Source: Macrostomum lignano (lineage: Eukaryota). From it: DNA of 64,000 bases. Below the pieces are notes generated by a model. That model did no database searches. It had not been told where the DNA came from and saw only the letters and a program-made list of their open reading frames with translations. Within the stretch, counting starts at the first letter, position 1; each line of letters begins with the position of its first letter. Positions 41,801 through 53,041 of this stretch are shown piece by piece. A program made the position numbers and the translations under genes. Where the stretch lies: assembly GCA_002269645.1 (NCBI GenBank), contig NIVC01001001.1:124001-188000 (forward strand). Direction: 5' to 3'.

Positions 41801-44800
41801 ACAGCCAATGACAGTCAGACTGTAAACTTTATATAATCGAGACAACTTTTTCCATCTCAGTCGATCAATCAATCAGCAGTAGAAGCAGTTCTACTAGAAG
41901 AAGATCGAGGAAGCCAGCTACACGGAGGTAAGTCTTACTTCCATCTTAAGCCTATTATGGCGCTTTCTAGTCCAACGTGTCTCATTATTAGTACCCGTTG
42001 TACTAAAGAGTGGTCCATAACAAAGTTTATTAATCGACTGCTTTATTATTTTTATATTTATTACATATAAATAAGGCGCTTTATCAGAACTGCTTCAACT
42101 TTCCTTACATTGTACACGCACTGATTTTATTAGGTAAGAGTTGGAATAGTCGCCTTAATTCGACGTTTTCAAGTTCCTAAATAATCAGTATTAGTGATAC
42201 AGTCAGTTTGGCTAACCATGGTTGCACAAACAAGAGATTTTGAAGCTTGGTGTACATGGGAAGCCTACTGTCTGGTCACTATGAGCAGCACAGTTAATCC
42301 TAATCCCTATACTAAGCGGACACTACTATCGCAGGGTCCTTCTCTGAGTACACGTGAAGGCAAAAGTCCATGTGTACAGAGTAAGCGCCCTACGTTTTTA
42401 TCCGTTAAGCACCTAGTAACCCCTCATCAAATGCTGGAATAACATTGTGGCGCTTTATAGTCCAACGTGTCAGCTATCAGTGACCGTTTGACTGCGAAGC
42501 GGTCACAATGTCATTCCTTAATCGACTGGATCAGTTTGTAAATATTGCAATAGAAATTATAACTCTGTGGCGCTTTATAGTCCAACGGGTCAGATATTAG
42601 AGTCAGGTTAATGACTCGCCGCGACCGTTGTACTACAAAGTGGTCACAGAGTGGTTTCTAAATCAACTGCCCTACCTACCCAACTGACCTGTCCACCCGA
42701 GTTTAAACGAGTCAAATATGGCGCTTTATAGTCCAACGTGTCTGCTATATGATAAAAGTGACCGTTGTACTATAGAGTGGGCTATATTGCAGGCTTGTTG
42801 ATCAGCGATCAGGACCTTAACCCTTATGTTCAGTACACTGCGAATCCTCCATACCGCTCAACATCCAAACTGCTACTTGTCATCTATACCATCTATACAT
42901 ACTATATATAGGTCATTATTTATGATCTATATCATCATCGTCATCAATACCAGCAATCATTTATTCCAGCCATCATTTATAACATTTATGCAAGTAATCC
43001 ATTATCCATACTGCTCATTATCCAAAGTGCTGCTAGTCAATATCCATACTGCTCATTATCAAAAATACTGCTAGTAATTATCCATACTGCTCATCATCCA
43101 TACTGCTCATTATCCAAAGTACTGCTAGTCATCATCCATACTGCTCATTATCCAAAGTACTGCTAGTCATTATCCATACTGCTCATTATCAAAAATACTG
43201 CTAGTCATTATCCATACTGCTCATTATCCATGCTGGTCATTATCCCAAGTACTGCTAGTCATTATCCATACTGCTTATTATCCATGCTGGTCATTATCCC
43301 AAGTACTGCTAGTCATTATCCATACTGCTTATTATCCAAAGTACTGCTAGTCATTATCCATACTGCTTATTATCCAAAGTACTGCTAGTCATTATCCAAA
43401 GTACTGCTAGTCATTATCCAAAGTACTGCTAGTCATTATCCATACTGCTCATTATCCAAAGTACTGCTAGTCATTATCCATACTGCTCATTATCCATGCT
43501 GGTCATTATCCCAAGTACTGCTAGTCATTATCCATACTGCTAGTCATCATCCATACTGCTCACTATCCATACTGCTCACTATCCATACTGCTCACTATCC
43601 ATACTGCTCATTATCCAAAGTACTGCTAGTCATCATCCATACTGCTTATTATCCAAAGTACTGCTAGTCATTATTCATACTGCTAGTCATCATCTATAAC
43701 CATGCTGGTCATTATTTATACTGCTTAGATCCAACAGAATCCTCAGACTACCCAAAAATTTACCGTAATCCTACTAATGATTTGCGAAGTAAAACGAACA
43801 GTCTCGCGTTGTTTGTGCGAAAATTTCAAATTCATCGAATAATATCGACGAAAATAATCGTGACACCGCTCTAGAAAAACGGAAACAAAGTACATTAACT
43901 TCTACTAATGAAAGTAGTATAAAAAGCGTTTAACAATAACAAGGGAGGTTGCACGGGCTCAGATGCTTACAACAAGGGTGTGCCTAGCGCTGGCTATGTA
44001 GCTATTTAAGGTGGTCACTCGCTCCTCTTCTAAGAATTTCCTTCGCATGTTTTTGTACACAACAGTGCGCAAATAGAAATTGTTAGCTTCTGTAAGTGAA
44101 ATTGAGATTTTCATTAATTTTTAATATAAATTTAGATAGTAGTTTATTGTAAAAAACCACAGGGTCTCTCATTGACATAGATACACATTTTCTAGAAATT
44201 ATAATTTATGGACTGACATTATGGACTGCCATATAAACTAACATATGGATGGAAGTCATAGGATGGAAGTGAACTAGAAAAGCCACCCAGGCGTCTTAGT
44301 GATTTAGTAAAACAGCTTTCTACTTTCAGTTCAGTAGCAAAGAAGAACATGCCTTCTATTTTTCATTATTTATATAAAATAAAGGCAGCTGCAGTGACTT
44401 TGATAAGTTTGCAGCTTGCTAATTGGTTCAGCAATAATGTACATTGGCCAGTCCACTGAAATGTACATAGCAGCTGTAGGCTGGAATTCCGATAATAAAA
44501 ATTAGGGCCGGGCTGGGGGGGTAAGGGCCAATAAATGATGGCTTTTAAATAAGCTACTACTAATAATTATCTAGTTATTCTAGTATCTGTGGTTTCTACT
44601 GAGAGAGGGGCATCTTTCTTTGTGTGGATGTCTATGGTCGAATTGTCAACTTGTCTATGGGCAAGAATGTCTTTGACTATGTCATAGAACTTAGAAGAAA
44701 TCGAAATAGAGAACAGCAGTCTTCTATGGTCTAAAGCCAAAGCTATCTACCAAGCAGCATTATTTCATCTCACACTGAAAGTGGCCACGCGTGTATTCAA

Positions 44801-47800
44801 TAACGAATGTAGCTTCCGTTCTCTGGCCAAAGCTGAATGAGATTGTTTCAATGATTTGAAGAAATTGTACTGAAAATATCGCTTAGATGAGCCTGTAATG
44901 TGTCAATTTTTCGTAACATAATAAATAGCTATTTAATTTACAATTTACTAGGAGTCAATACGTTTCTTAAAAAAACGTACAGAAGTCCTGAATAGAACAC
45001 TGCAGGGTTTTTTTAAATTTGGGAGATTTCCTCGACACTACTTATAGTAAAATGTTATAGCATTTCCAAACTGCCATTTCCAAGAAAAGTATAATTAGTA
45101 GTTAAATTAAGAGTTGACTTGCGTACGGAATAAGTGTTGATAAGCTTATTGGATTTCAATCGATTAGCTTCCAGCGAATAGGACTTCCTTAGCGTGTCTC
45201 TATAGTAAGTGCCGGTGTACTTTTGAATGGCGACTGTAAGCAAAAGTGCATAACAATGTATAAATATTTTGTTAAAGTACTTTAGACGCCCACGATTATT
45301 AAAATACTGAAGAGGATGCTGCAGGTCTAAATAAATCCCTTAGATTAATCTCAACTCCCCATTGATAATAAAAGATAAAATTTTTAATTACAAATATTCT
45401 CTGCATATTTGAGCTGAGATTTTTGTTTAACTGCGTTGTACGAAATTTGCACTTCAAATTGTGATCAAAATGATAGCGCATGTACTTCAGTGCCGGCTCT
45501 AAAAAGGTGTATAAATTAAAAAAAATTACACACTGTCTAATGATCAAATGATTAGAATTTCTTGAACAAAGACAGTTGCAGAGATTTGTAATATTGAATG
45601 AATTTAATTACAAAAATTTGATGCATTTTCATCCTGGCCAAGGTTTGCTTGTTGCGAAATTTCAAATCCCTATAGTAGACAGTCAGGTATTTGAAACCAG
45701 CTTCTAAAATAAAATAAATTATCATAAATCTAGATTTAATATCCTACTGAACTGTGTAGTTTAGTCAATCAAATTACAGTCTGCTCAAGGACGGAGCGTG
45801 GTGCTTTAATGAACGATTTCTACAATTCACTAGGTCGCCACACACAGCCTCAATTACCCCAGCTAATGCTGGCACCCATTTTACAGCTGGGTGAACTGAA
45901 GCAATGCAGACTTAAGTGTCTTGCTCAAGGACACAAATTGTTCCGAGCGGGTCGAGATTGTAGGTCAAGTGTGACGCTTTAACCACTAGGCTACAACCGC
46001 CCTTGATTACTTACCAACGACTGTCTTAGCTGCCTCATCACCGAGGCCCCAGCATCAATAGTCTTCTGCCGATATTTCAAATAAGTACTGTAGTAGTTTC
46101 TCAAATATTTCGATGCTAAGTCTATAAAGCATTGTTTTCATTATGTTAGAATCAATTATCTTAGAACACAGCTCAACACAACAGCTCAATTGCCAAAGAT
46201 TTTAGCAGCAACAAGTAGAAACAATGATTAACTTACAAAAACAGAGTAGAATCGGTTTTTAGCCCTGCTTCGATTGTAATCCGATTTTAAGAAACCGTAA
46301 TACCAACTATTCAGGTATTTGATACCTAGGCCTGATCGATTATTAATAGACTGTGTACATTATATAAGAATAAGGATTTTTTAAAAAATGGGAAAAGCCA
46401 TTTCAGGGCCAAATATTCTCTAGTTTATTGACCACAAGCAAGAATTTCTCAAGTATTACGCTTGTAAAGTTTAATTAGTTAATTAATGCATAGTTGCGAC
46501 AATAACGTGAGCAATTTTGACCATTCAATCCTGGTCATGTTTAACAGTCCCAGCACAAACACTACACTATATAGTCTGAAACAAATAAAAAACTTTCTAA
46601 CTTTCCCAAACTCTGTCTCAATGAGAGAGCCCTGCAACGTCCTTTCACAATTGAGGCGCAAAAACTTTAAATAATAATAATCGGAATTTTATGTTAAATA
46701 TGCTACTGGTTTGCTTCATAAGTAGAATTAAACGAATATTGCAACAATATTTAAAAAGGAGCAGAACTTACTGGTCCAAGCGGCAATGTTAGTGGGCTTG
46801 TAGCTGGTGATTTGCAAAGCTTTGTCAATTACTTTCTTGGCGGCCTCCATGTTAACGGGGGCGGAGTAGGGCAGGGAGAAGTCGAATACGTTTGAACCGG
46901 TTTCGTCTTTGAGCTGGCGGTAGGCTTTACGGAGTATGCCCTGGGATTAGTAGGATATTGGAATGGTAGGATTGTTTGATTTTTAGATGCTTATTATGCT
47001 TTTGGACGAATACGAACGTACTTTACATCGAGGTGTGAAAGTTACAAAGTGTGACAGGCCCATAGCAACCGAGGATCTGTGAGTGTGACAGGTCCATAGC
47101 AACCGAGGATCTGTGAGTGTGACAGGCCCATAGCAACCGAAGATGGGTGTGACAGGCCCATAGCAACCGAGGATCTGTGAGTGTGATAGGCCCATAGCAA
47201 CCGAGGATCTGTGAGTGTGACAGGCCCATAGCAACCGAGGATCTGTGAGTGTGACAGGCTCATAGCAACCGAGGATCTGTGAGTGTGACAGACCCATAGC
47301 AACCGAGGATCTGTGAGTGTGACAGACCCATAGCAACCGAGGATCTGTGAGTGTGACAGACCCATAGCAACCGAGGATCTGTGAGTGTGACAGACCCATA
47401 GCAACGGAGGATCTGTGAGTGTGACAGGCCCATAGCAACGGAGGATCTGTGAGTGTGACAGGCCCATAGCAACGGAGGATCTGTGAGTGTGACAGGCCCA
47501 TAGCAACCGAGGATCTGTGAGTGTGACAGGCCCATAGCAACCGCCAGATAGCCCCCTACCTTCCACTCAGCGGACAGTTCGCCAGTATCGCTAAGGTCTC
47601 CACCGCTAGTTCTGGCAATCTTTGCCGGGCTACCAGCCGACGCACCGAAGGCGGCGCCGCTGCCGCCCGGAGCGCCGACAATGTCAAAACTGCCGAACAT
47701 GCTGCCGCTAGCGTCGTCGTCCAGAATCTGACAATCGTCATCAGAGTTGTACTCTCGTTTTAATGAGCCAGCCGACATAAAGTCGGCGACAGCGCCGCTG

Positions 47801-48147
47801 CTTGACGGCTGCTGCTGCATCTTCATAGCCGAGTTGCCGATTTGCGATCCAGATGATCCAATATTCGCCGTCGGCGGAGGCGGAGGCGGCGGACATCTGG
47901 CGTGAGCATCGGCCGTGTCGGCAATCCTGACAAATTGCGGTTCCATAGCTTCGACTAGATGAGAATTCAATTGGGTGACGATTTTGAAAGCGACCATCAG
48001 ATCTCTAGCAGCCATGCTGTCAATCAGCATAGTGGCATTAGTGATGGTGCACTCGAACAGTGTCAAAGGCGAGAATGCGCCTCCGCCGCCGGCGCCACCG
48101 CCGGCACCCATCTGCTGCGGGGTCATCATAGCAATGCTGGCCGCCAT
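32870..48147 (-). CDS. Gene Y: 4-exon, ~397-aa paralogue of gene X
   Basis: Exons 48147-47560 (phase 0), 46940-46772 (GILRKAYRQLKDETGSNVFDFSLPYSAPVNMEAAKKVI), 46121-46015 (107 nt, same as X exon 3), 33199-32870 (KLNRRQKA..DFTSSDEE..VKQLPWESDE..LDQ..SSRPPPSECPGWA). Phases 0/1/0 as in X. The 12.8-kb intron 3 link is inferred from homology to X. Confidence 0.8.
33252..33497. repeat. 33-bp minisatellite TCATCCTGAAGTGACCCTGAAGCTTATTAATAC
   Basis: Visible. Confidence 0.92.
33710..34560. repeat. 32/36-bp minisatellite GAAAGCAACTCAGAGATGGGAGACAGAAGACT
   Basis: Visible. Confidence 0.95.
35080..38515. repeat. 21-bp-based satellite GACAGACTGAGACACATGAAT with higher-order blocks
   Basis: Visible; source of the >1000-aa CLSLSF/VSQSVI ORFs. 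Confidence 0.97.
38995..39720. repeat. CT-rich low-complexity tract with a triplicated internal block
   Basis: Visible. Confidence 0.85.
40430..41460. repeat. GA-rich repeat GAGGATGGAGACTGGGA and related low-complexity sequence
   Basis: Visible. Confidence 0.85.
41652..41862 (+). promoter_or_regulatory. Putative Pol II promoter: four CCAAT boxes (~49-bp repeat), TATA box, Inr
   Basis: CAGCCAAT at about 41656, 41705, 41754 and 41802; TATATAA at 41831-37; TCAGTC Inr with A at 41859, 28 bp after the TATA. Confidence 0.7.
41859..41927 (+). ncRNA. Putative non-coding first exon of a pri-miRNA host transcript
   Basis: No ATG; ends in a consensus donor GAG|GTAAGT at 41928, about 20 bp before the first hairpin. 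Confidence 0.55.
41948..42028 (+). ncRNA. pre-miRNA-like hairpin A1 (5p UGGCGCUUUCUAGUCCAACGUG at 41958)
   Basis: Hand-folded long stem; apical UGU; CGAC at 42035 (+16 from the predicted 3p end). Confidence 0.75.
42200..42274 (+). ncRNA. pre-miRNA-like hairpin B (different arm sequences)
   Basis: CAG-CAGT-GGCT-CCATG-TGCAC-CAAG pairs with CTTG-GTGTA-CATGG-AGCC-ACTG-CTG. Confidence 0.55.
42330..42394 (+). ncRNA. pre-miRNA-like hairpin C
   Basis: CGCAGGGT-CTT-CTCT-GTACACGTG pairs with CATGTGTAC-AGAG-AAG-GCCCTACG. Confidence 0.5.
42436..42517 (+). ncRNA. pre-miRNA-like hairpin A2 (5p UGGCGCUUUAUAGUCCAACGUG at 42448)
   Basis: Lower stem GGAATAACATTG / CAATGTCATTCC; upper stem about 20 bp; UGU; CGAC at 42523 (+16). 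Confidence 0.8.
42551..42660 (+). ncRNA. pre-miRNA-like hairpin A3 (5p UGGCGCUUUAUAGUCCAACGGG at 42568)
   Basis: Lower stem TAGAAATT..ACTCTG / CAGAGT-GGTTTCTA; enlarged loop containing its own GAGTCA/TGACTC stem; CAAC at 42664 (+16). Confidence 0.75.
42706..42799 (+). ncRNA. pre-miRNA-like hairpin A4 (5p UGGCGCUUUAUAGUCCAACGUG at 42719)
   Basis: Lower stem AACGAGTC-AATA / TATT-GGCTTGTT; UGU; CAGC at 42803 (+17). Confidence 0.75.
43000..43700. repeat. Compound repeat TCCATACTGCTCATTA / TCCAAAGTACTGCTAGTCATTA
   Basis: Visible. Confidence 0.92.
45785..46002 (-). mobile_element. tRNA-derived SINE with a CORE/MIR-like central domain
   Basis: Minus strand: GGGCGGTTGTAGCCTAGTGGTTAAAGC (A box), degenerate B box (CTCGACCC), TGTGTCCTTGAGCAAGACACTTAA, CCCAGCTGTAAAATGGG; these blocks recall the MIR core. 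Confidence 0.75.
47045..47542. repeat. 34-bp minisatellite GTGTGACAGGCCCATAGCAACCGAGGATCTGTGA in gene Y intron 1
   Basis: Visible. Confidence 0.95.
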
Positions 48148-48334
48148 TTGTTCTGCTGTGCTGGTAGTGGGAAATTATTAAATTCTGCGATTGTCTTTCA
48201 AATTCGATTATTGATCAGCTTGTTATTGAGGCGAGGCACGCTTGAGAACAGTGCTTGTTGCTAATGCATGCAAGCGAATTTATTTGTTTTATTAAACTCG
48301 AAACAGTGCGATTGGAGATTCACTCTGATCTAGA

Positions 48335-49235
48335 TTGAGAGTCACTCTCTGACTTGGATTGAGAGTCACTCTGACTTGGATTGAGAGTTACTCTGACCTG
48401 GATTGAAAGTCACTCTGACCTGGATTGAGAGTCACTCTGACTTGGATGAGAGTCACTCTGACTTGGATTAAGAGTTACTCTGACCTGGATTGAGAATCAC
48501 TCTGACCTGGATTGAGAGTCACTCTGACTTGGATAGAGATTCACTCCGACTTAAATAGACATTCCCTCTGACTAGGATAGAGGTTCACTCCGAATTGGAT
48601 AGAGATTCACCCTGACTTGGATAACGATTCACTCTGACTTAAGAGATTCACTCTGAATTGGATATATTCTCTGACTAGGATAGAGATTCACTCTGACTTG
48701 GATAGAGATTCACTCTTAGATTGAAATACACTCTGACTTGGATTGAGAGTCACTTTGACTTGAATAGATATTCACTCGGATTTGGATAGAGATTCACTCC
48801 GACTTAGATAGAGGTTCACTCTGACTTGGATAGAGATTTACTCTGACTTCGATAGAGATTCACTCTGACTTGGATAGAGATTCACTCTGACTTGGATAGA
48901 GATTCACTCTGACTTGGATAGAGATTCACTCGGAATTGGATTGAGATTCACTCTGACTAGGATAGAGATTCACTCTGACTTGGATAGAGATTCACTCTGA
49001 CTAGGATAGAGATTCACTCTGAATTGGATAGAAATTCACTCTAACTTGGGTTGAGATTCACTCTGACTTCGGTTGAGATTCACTCTGACTTTGGTTGAGA
49101 TTCACTCGGAATTGGATAGAGATTCACTCTGACTCAGATAGAGATTCACTCCGACTTGGATAGATTGACTAGATAATAGAGTCACTTTGACTAGATAATA
49201 GAGTCACTCTGACTAAATAATGGAGAGTCACTCTC
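48335..49235. repeat. 22-bp minisatellite GAGATTCACTCTGACTTGGATA
   Basis: Visible. Confidence 0.93.
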
Positions 49236-49679
49236 ATAATCAAGGGCAGTCACTTACAACTAAGTTCTGCAGGGTTAATGTTAAGTCACAGATAAACTGT
49301 CGAATGAAAACAGATTAAAATTTCAACAAATTTATGGAACAATACATGTAGACACTAAATAAACAAGTATATGAGAAAAATAAAAAAAACCTCCGCATAT
49401 TATAGACAATTGCATCAGAATAATTCAACATTGATTGGTAAACATGGATCTGTTAGTTACAAGTAATTAAAAAATCATAAGCGACAAATATTTTTTTTCA
49501 CAGAGCACAATCTCACTTCGATAAATTGCAAACCTATAAATCAATACGTTGTGTCCGTGCGGTTTTACTAAATTAAAATTATTCAGGAAAATAACAAAAA
49601 CAACAACTAGCAGGGCGACATACCTACACACAACGCCATTTACTTTCAAGAATTGTCAAATCGCGAAATTTAAAAATAT

Positions 49680-50092
49680 CTGCCAATTTCAACCTACCAA
49701 CTGCCAATTTCAACCTACAAACTGCTAACTTCAACCTACAAACTGCCAACTTCAACCTACAAACTGCCAATTTCAACCTACAAACTGCCAATTTCAACCT
49801 ACAAACTGCCAATTTCAACCTACAAACTGCCAACTTCAACCTACAAACTGCCAACTTCAACCTACAAACTGCCAACTTCAACTTACAAACTGCCAACTTC
49901 AACCTACCAACTGCCAATTTCAACCCACAAACTGCCAACTTCAACTTACAAACTGCCAACTTCAACCTACCAACTGCCAATTTCAACCCACAAACTGCCA
50001 ACTTCAACCTACCAACTGCCAATTTCAACCTACAAACTGCAAACTTCAACCTACAAACTGCCAATTTCTACCTACAAACTGCCAACTTCAAC
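49680..50092. repeat. 21-bp minisatellite TTCAACCTACAAACTGCCAA(T/C)
   Basis: Visible. Confidence 0.94.
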
Positions 50093-50624
50093 CAATCAAT
50101 AATAAAACGAAATAATTTAAGGAATGCAACCTACGATTTTCGTATGAGTACAAATATGATTTACAATTTTACTGATTTACTGAATATTAATTAATATAAT
50201 TTCCAGTCAAGAAATTACTTCAAATGGAGATTAAAACTATAGTCAGGTACGCAACAAAAAAGTTAACGCAAAGTTGCAATTGGTTTGCAGTGAAAATATA
50301 GCATTTGTATTTATATTTCGTTTTGACAAGAATTTACTAGCTTAAAATGTAAATCAACAGATTAATACCTACGTATTGAAACAGTAACGGTGCTTTGTGT
50401 ACCCGCTGGATAAAAAATTGAACTGATTTTATAAGTTGAATAATAAACCAAACTAATATTGGCATGTCTAACGTTAATAATATCGATGGTCGCGCTGATA
50501 CATGCTGACAATACAGTATAACTAAATTAAACTGCACTGAAGGAAACATTTCGCTGACTCAAATTCAAATATTGTTGTCTCATCACGGATGACAATTACA
50601 TAGGTGAATGGGAAACCTCGGGAT

Positions 50625-50890
50625 GAGGGACATCTAGTCTCTAGATGAGGGAAATCTAGTCTCTAGATGACGGACACGTAGTCTCTAGATGAGGGACACC
50701 TAGTCTCTAGATGAGGGACACCAAGTTTCCAGATGAGGGATACCTAGTCTCTAGATGAGGGACAACTAGTCTCTAGATGAGGGACACCTAGTCTCTAGAT
50801 GAGGGAAAACGGGTCTCTAGATGAGAGTCATTTAGTCTCTGGATGAGAGACACTAAAGTCCATAGATAAAGGACACCTAGTCTAACTGTT
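50625..50890. repeat. 22-bp minisatellite TAGTCTCTAGATGAGGGACACC
   Basis: Visible. Confidence 0.9.
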
Positions 50891-51210
50891 AGTCTCTAAA
50901 TGATAAGTGACACTTTCTGTAGATCTATAGCCAGTCTCTACATGAGGGACAGTGGATATAGAGATGCCACAAAACAAAGACAACTCAAGATATAAGCAAA
51001 AGCGTATTATTCAATAATAGAGATAAAAATAGCCAATGATAATCGCATAAAGATCTTGAGAGCATCAGACAGACGGAGGACCAATACACGGTTGACGGAG
51101 TACTTAAATAGCATCTGTAATTTTGCACTCGAGCCCTAAAATATACTTTATAATATGAATACGCCACAATGTAAAGAATACGAGTAGGCAATAAATGAGA
51201 AGTAAATAGA

Positions 51211-53041
51211 TTAGTTATTACTTCGAACAGACAGATAAATCACCAACCCGATGACAAGTAGTACAACTAGAACTATGATAGCCAATATAATCTTCTTGCG
51301 TCTGGCTGATCGCTTGTAACTAACAGCTTTGCCCAGCTGTTTGTTGCCGGTTTCTACGTGCATGACAGCCTCGCTGACGTGGTCCTCGATGCTGTCCAGC
51401 ATCTCACCTTGGTCGTGCACCATGTGGGCCAGGTCCTTGAATAGCTCGTTGATGCCTGCAAGGGAGAATTAAGATAGGGATGAAATGACAAGCTGCTGTG
51501 ACGACAAGGGGATCTGGGAGGCTGGCCCAGCAACTGAGGATCTGGGAGGCTGGCCCAGCAACTGGGGATCTGGGAGGCTGGCCCAGCAACTGAGAATCTG
51601 GGAAGCTGGCCCAGCAACTGGGGATCTGGGAGGCTGGCCCAGCAACTGAGAATCTGGGAGCCGTGGGAGGCTGGCCCAGCAATTGACACTCTGGGAAGCT
51701 GGCCCATCAACTGGGGATCTGGGAAGCTGGCCCATCAACTGGGGATCTGGGAAGCCGGCCCATCAACTGGGGATCTGGGAGGCTGGCGCAGAAACTGGGG
51801 ATCTGGGAGGCTGGCGCAGAAATTGAGGATCTGGGAGGCTGGCCCAGCAACTAAGGATCTGGGAGACTGAGGATTTGGGAAACAAGCACAATACCGGAAC
51901 GCACCAACAATATCCTGCTCCAGCTGATGCAGCTGCTGTTCCCGCTGCTCAGCAGCCTGAAGATCCAGCTGCTGTTGCTGCTGCTGCTGCTGACCGCCCA
52001 GTCTGAACGGGCTGTCTGCATCAACAAGCTGAGCAGGTTGCTGCTGCTGCTGATCAAACAAGGAGTCCAGCCCACTCCCGCCAGCTTCGCGCCGCTGTTT
52101 AGCTGCGGCCTCCTTCTCTCGGGCCTGGACGAGGCGCTGCACCTCTTGAAAATCGCCAGCCACTTTGGTTACCTGGTTAAAGAAAACGAATTGAGCCTGA
52201 TGAATTACCGAGGGAAGTGTCCAATCTCAACTATTTGAAAATAGCTATCATTTTTTAATCTAATCCTACTTGAATTAATCTTGCCAAAATTTAAATTTAA
52301 ATATCGAATTAAATCTATCTCACTCGATCTAATTTAACCAATCTTGATCTATTCTCGCCCGATCTAAAATAATCACTCTGGATCTAATCTCATTAGATTT
52401 AAACCGATAAATCTTAATCTAATCTCCATCGATCTAAACTTATCAACCTTGATCTAATCTCACGCCATCTAATCTAACCAATATTGATCTAATCTCACTG
52501 AATCTAAACCGAACGATCTTGATCTAATCTTACTCAATCTAAACCAATTAATCTTTATCTAATCTCACTCAATCTAAACCAATAAATCTTGATCTAATCT
52601 CACTCAATCTAAACCAATAAATCTTGATCTAATCTCACTGAATCTAAACCAATCAATCTTCATCTAATCTCACTAAATCTAAACAAATAAATATTGATGT
52701 AATCTCTCAATCTAAACCAATCGATATAAATCACATAGTAAAAGATGCAGTACACTCCGCACCTGATCCACCAAGCGATCCTTCTGCACTCGCCGCATAG
52801 CCGCAGCCATGCCCTGACACATTGGAGTCAAATCTCTCTTCAACTGTTCAGTAGCCCGCTGGCATTGAGACAATGTTGTATGCGTCAGCGAGTGAATCTG
52901 AGAACGCAATGCTTCGGAATCTCGGTCCGTACCAATTTTATTAGACAAATTGCGTATCTGGCCAGTGTTAGTCTGTACGCCAGTTACTAGTTGACTAATC
53001 TCGGCGGCCAGATTAGCAAAACGCTCATCGTCTGTAGACAT
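51211..53041 (-). CDS. stx7/12: Syntaxin-7/12-like endosomal Qa-SNARE, ~263 aa
   Basis: Exons 53041-52763, 52172-51905, 51455-51211, GT-AG and in frame. Habc region (KIGTDRDSEALRSQIH..KDRL), SNARE motif [40 protein letters not shown] then a C-terminal TM anchor. Confidence 0.93.
51505..51875. repeat. 28-bp minisatellite GAGGATCTGGGAGGCTGGCCCAGCAACT in syntaxin intron 2
   Basis: Visible; same unit as 18230-18366. Confidence 0.93.
52300..52715. repeat. ~35-bp repeat AATCTCACTCAATCTAAACCAATAAATCTTGATCT in syntaxin intron 1
   Basis: Visible, degenerate. Confidence 0.85.

Noticed and set aside
42128-42140. TTATTAG|GTAAG as a recursive splice site or second exon end
   Set aside because: It lies within a weak hairpin and cannot be distinguished from chance without junction reads.
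41948-42806. Alternative readings of the repeated motif: CRISPR array, tRNA/SINE heads, ribozymes, SECIS, PBS
   Set aside because: Spacing is irregular and the host is eukaryotic with no cas genes. There is an A-box-like TAGTCCAACGG but no B box or cloverleaf, and no conserved hammerhead, HDV, twister or SECIS core. The long stem with CNNC and UGU explains the conservation better.
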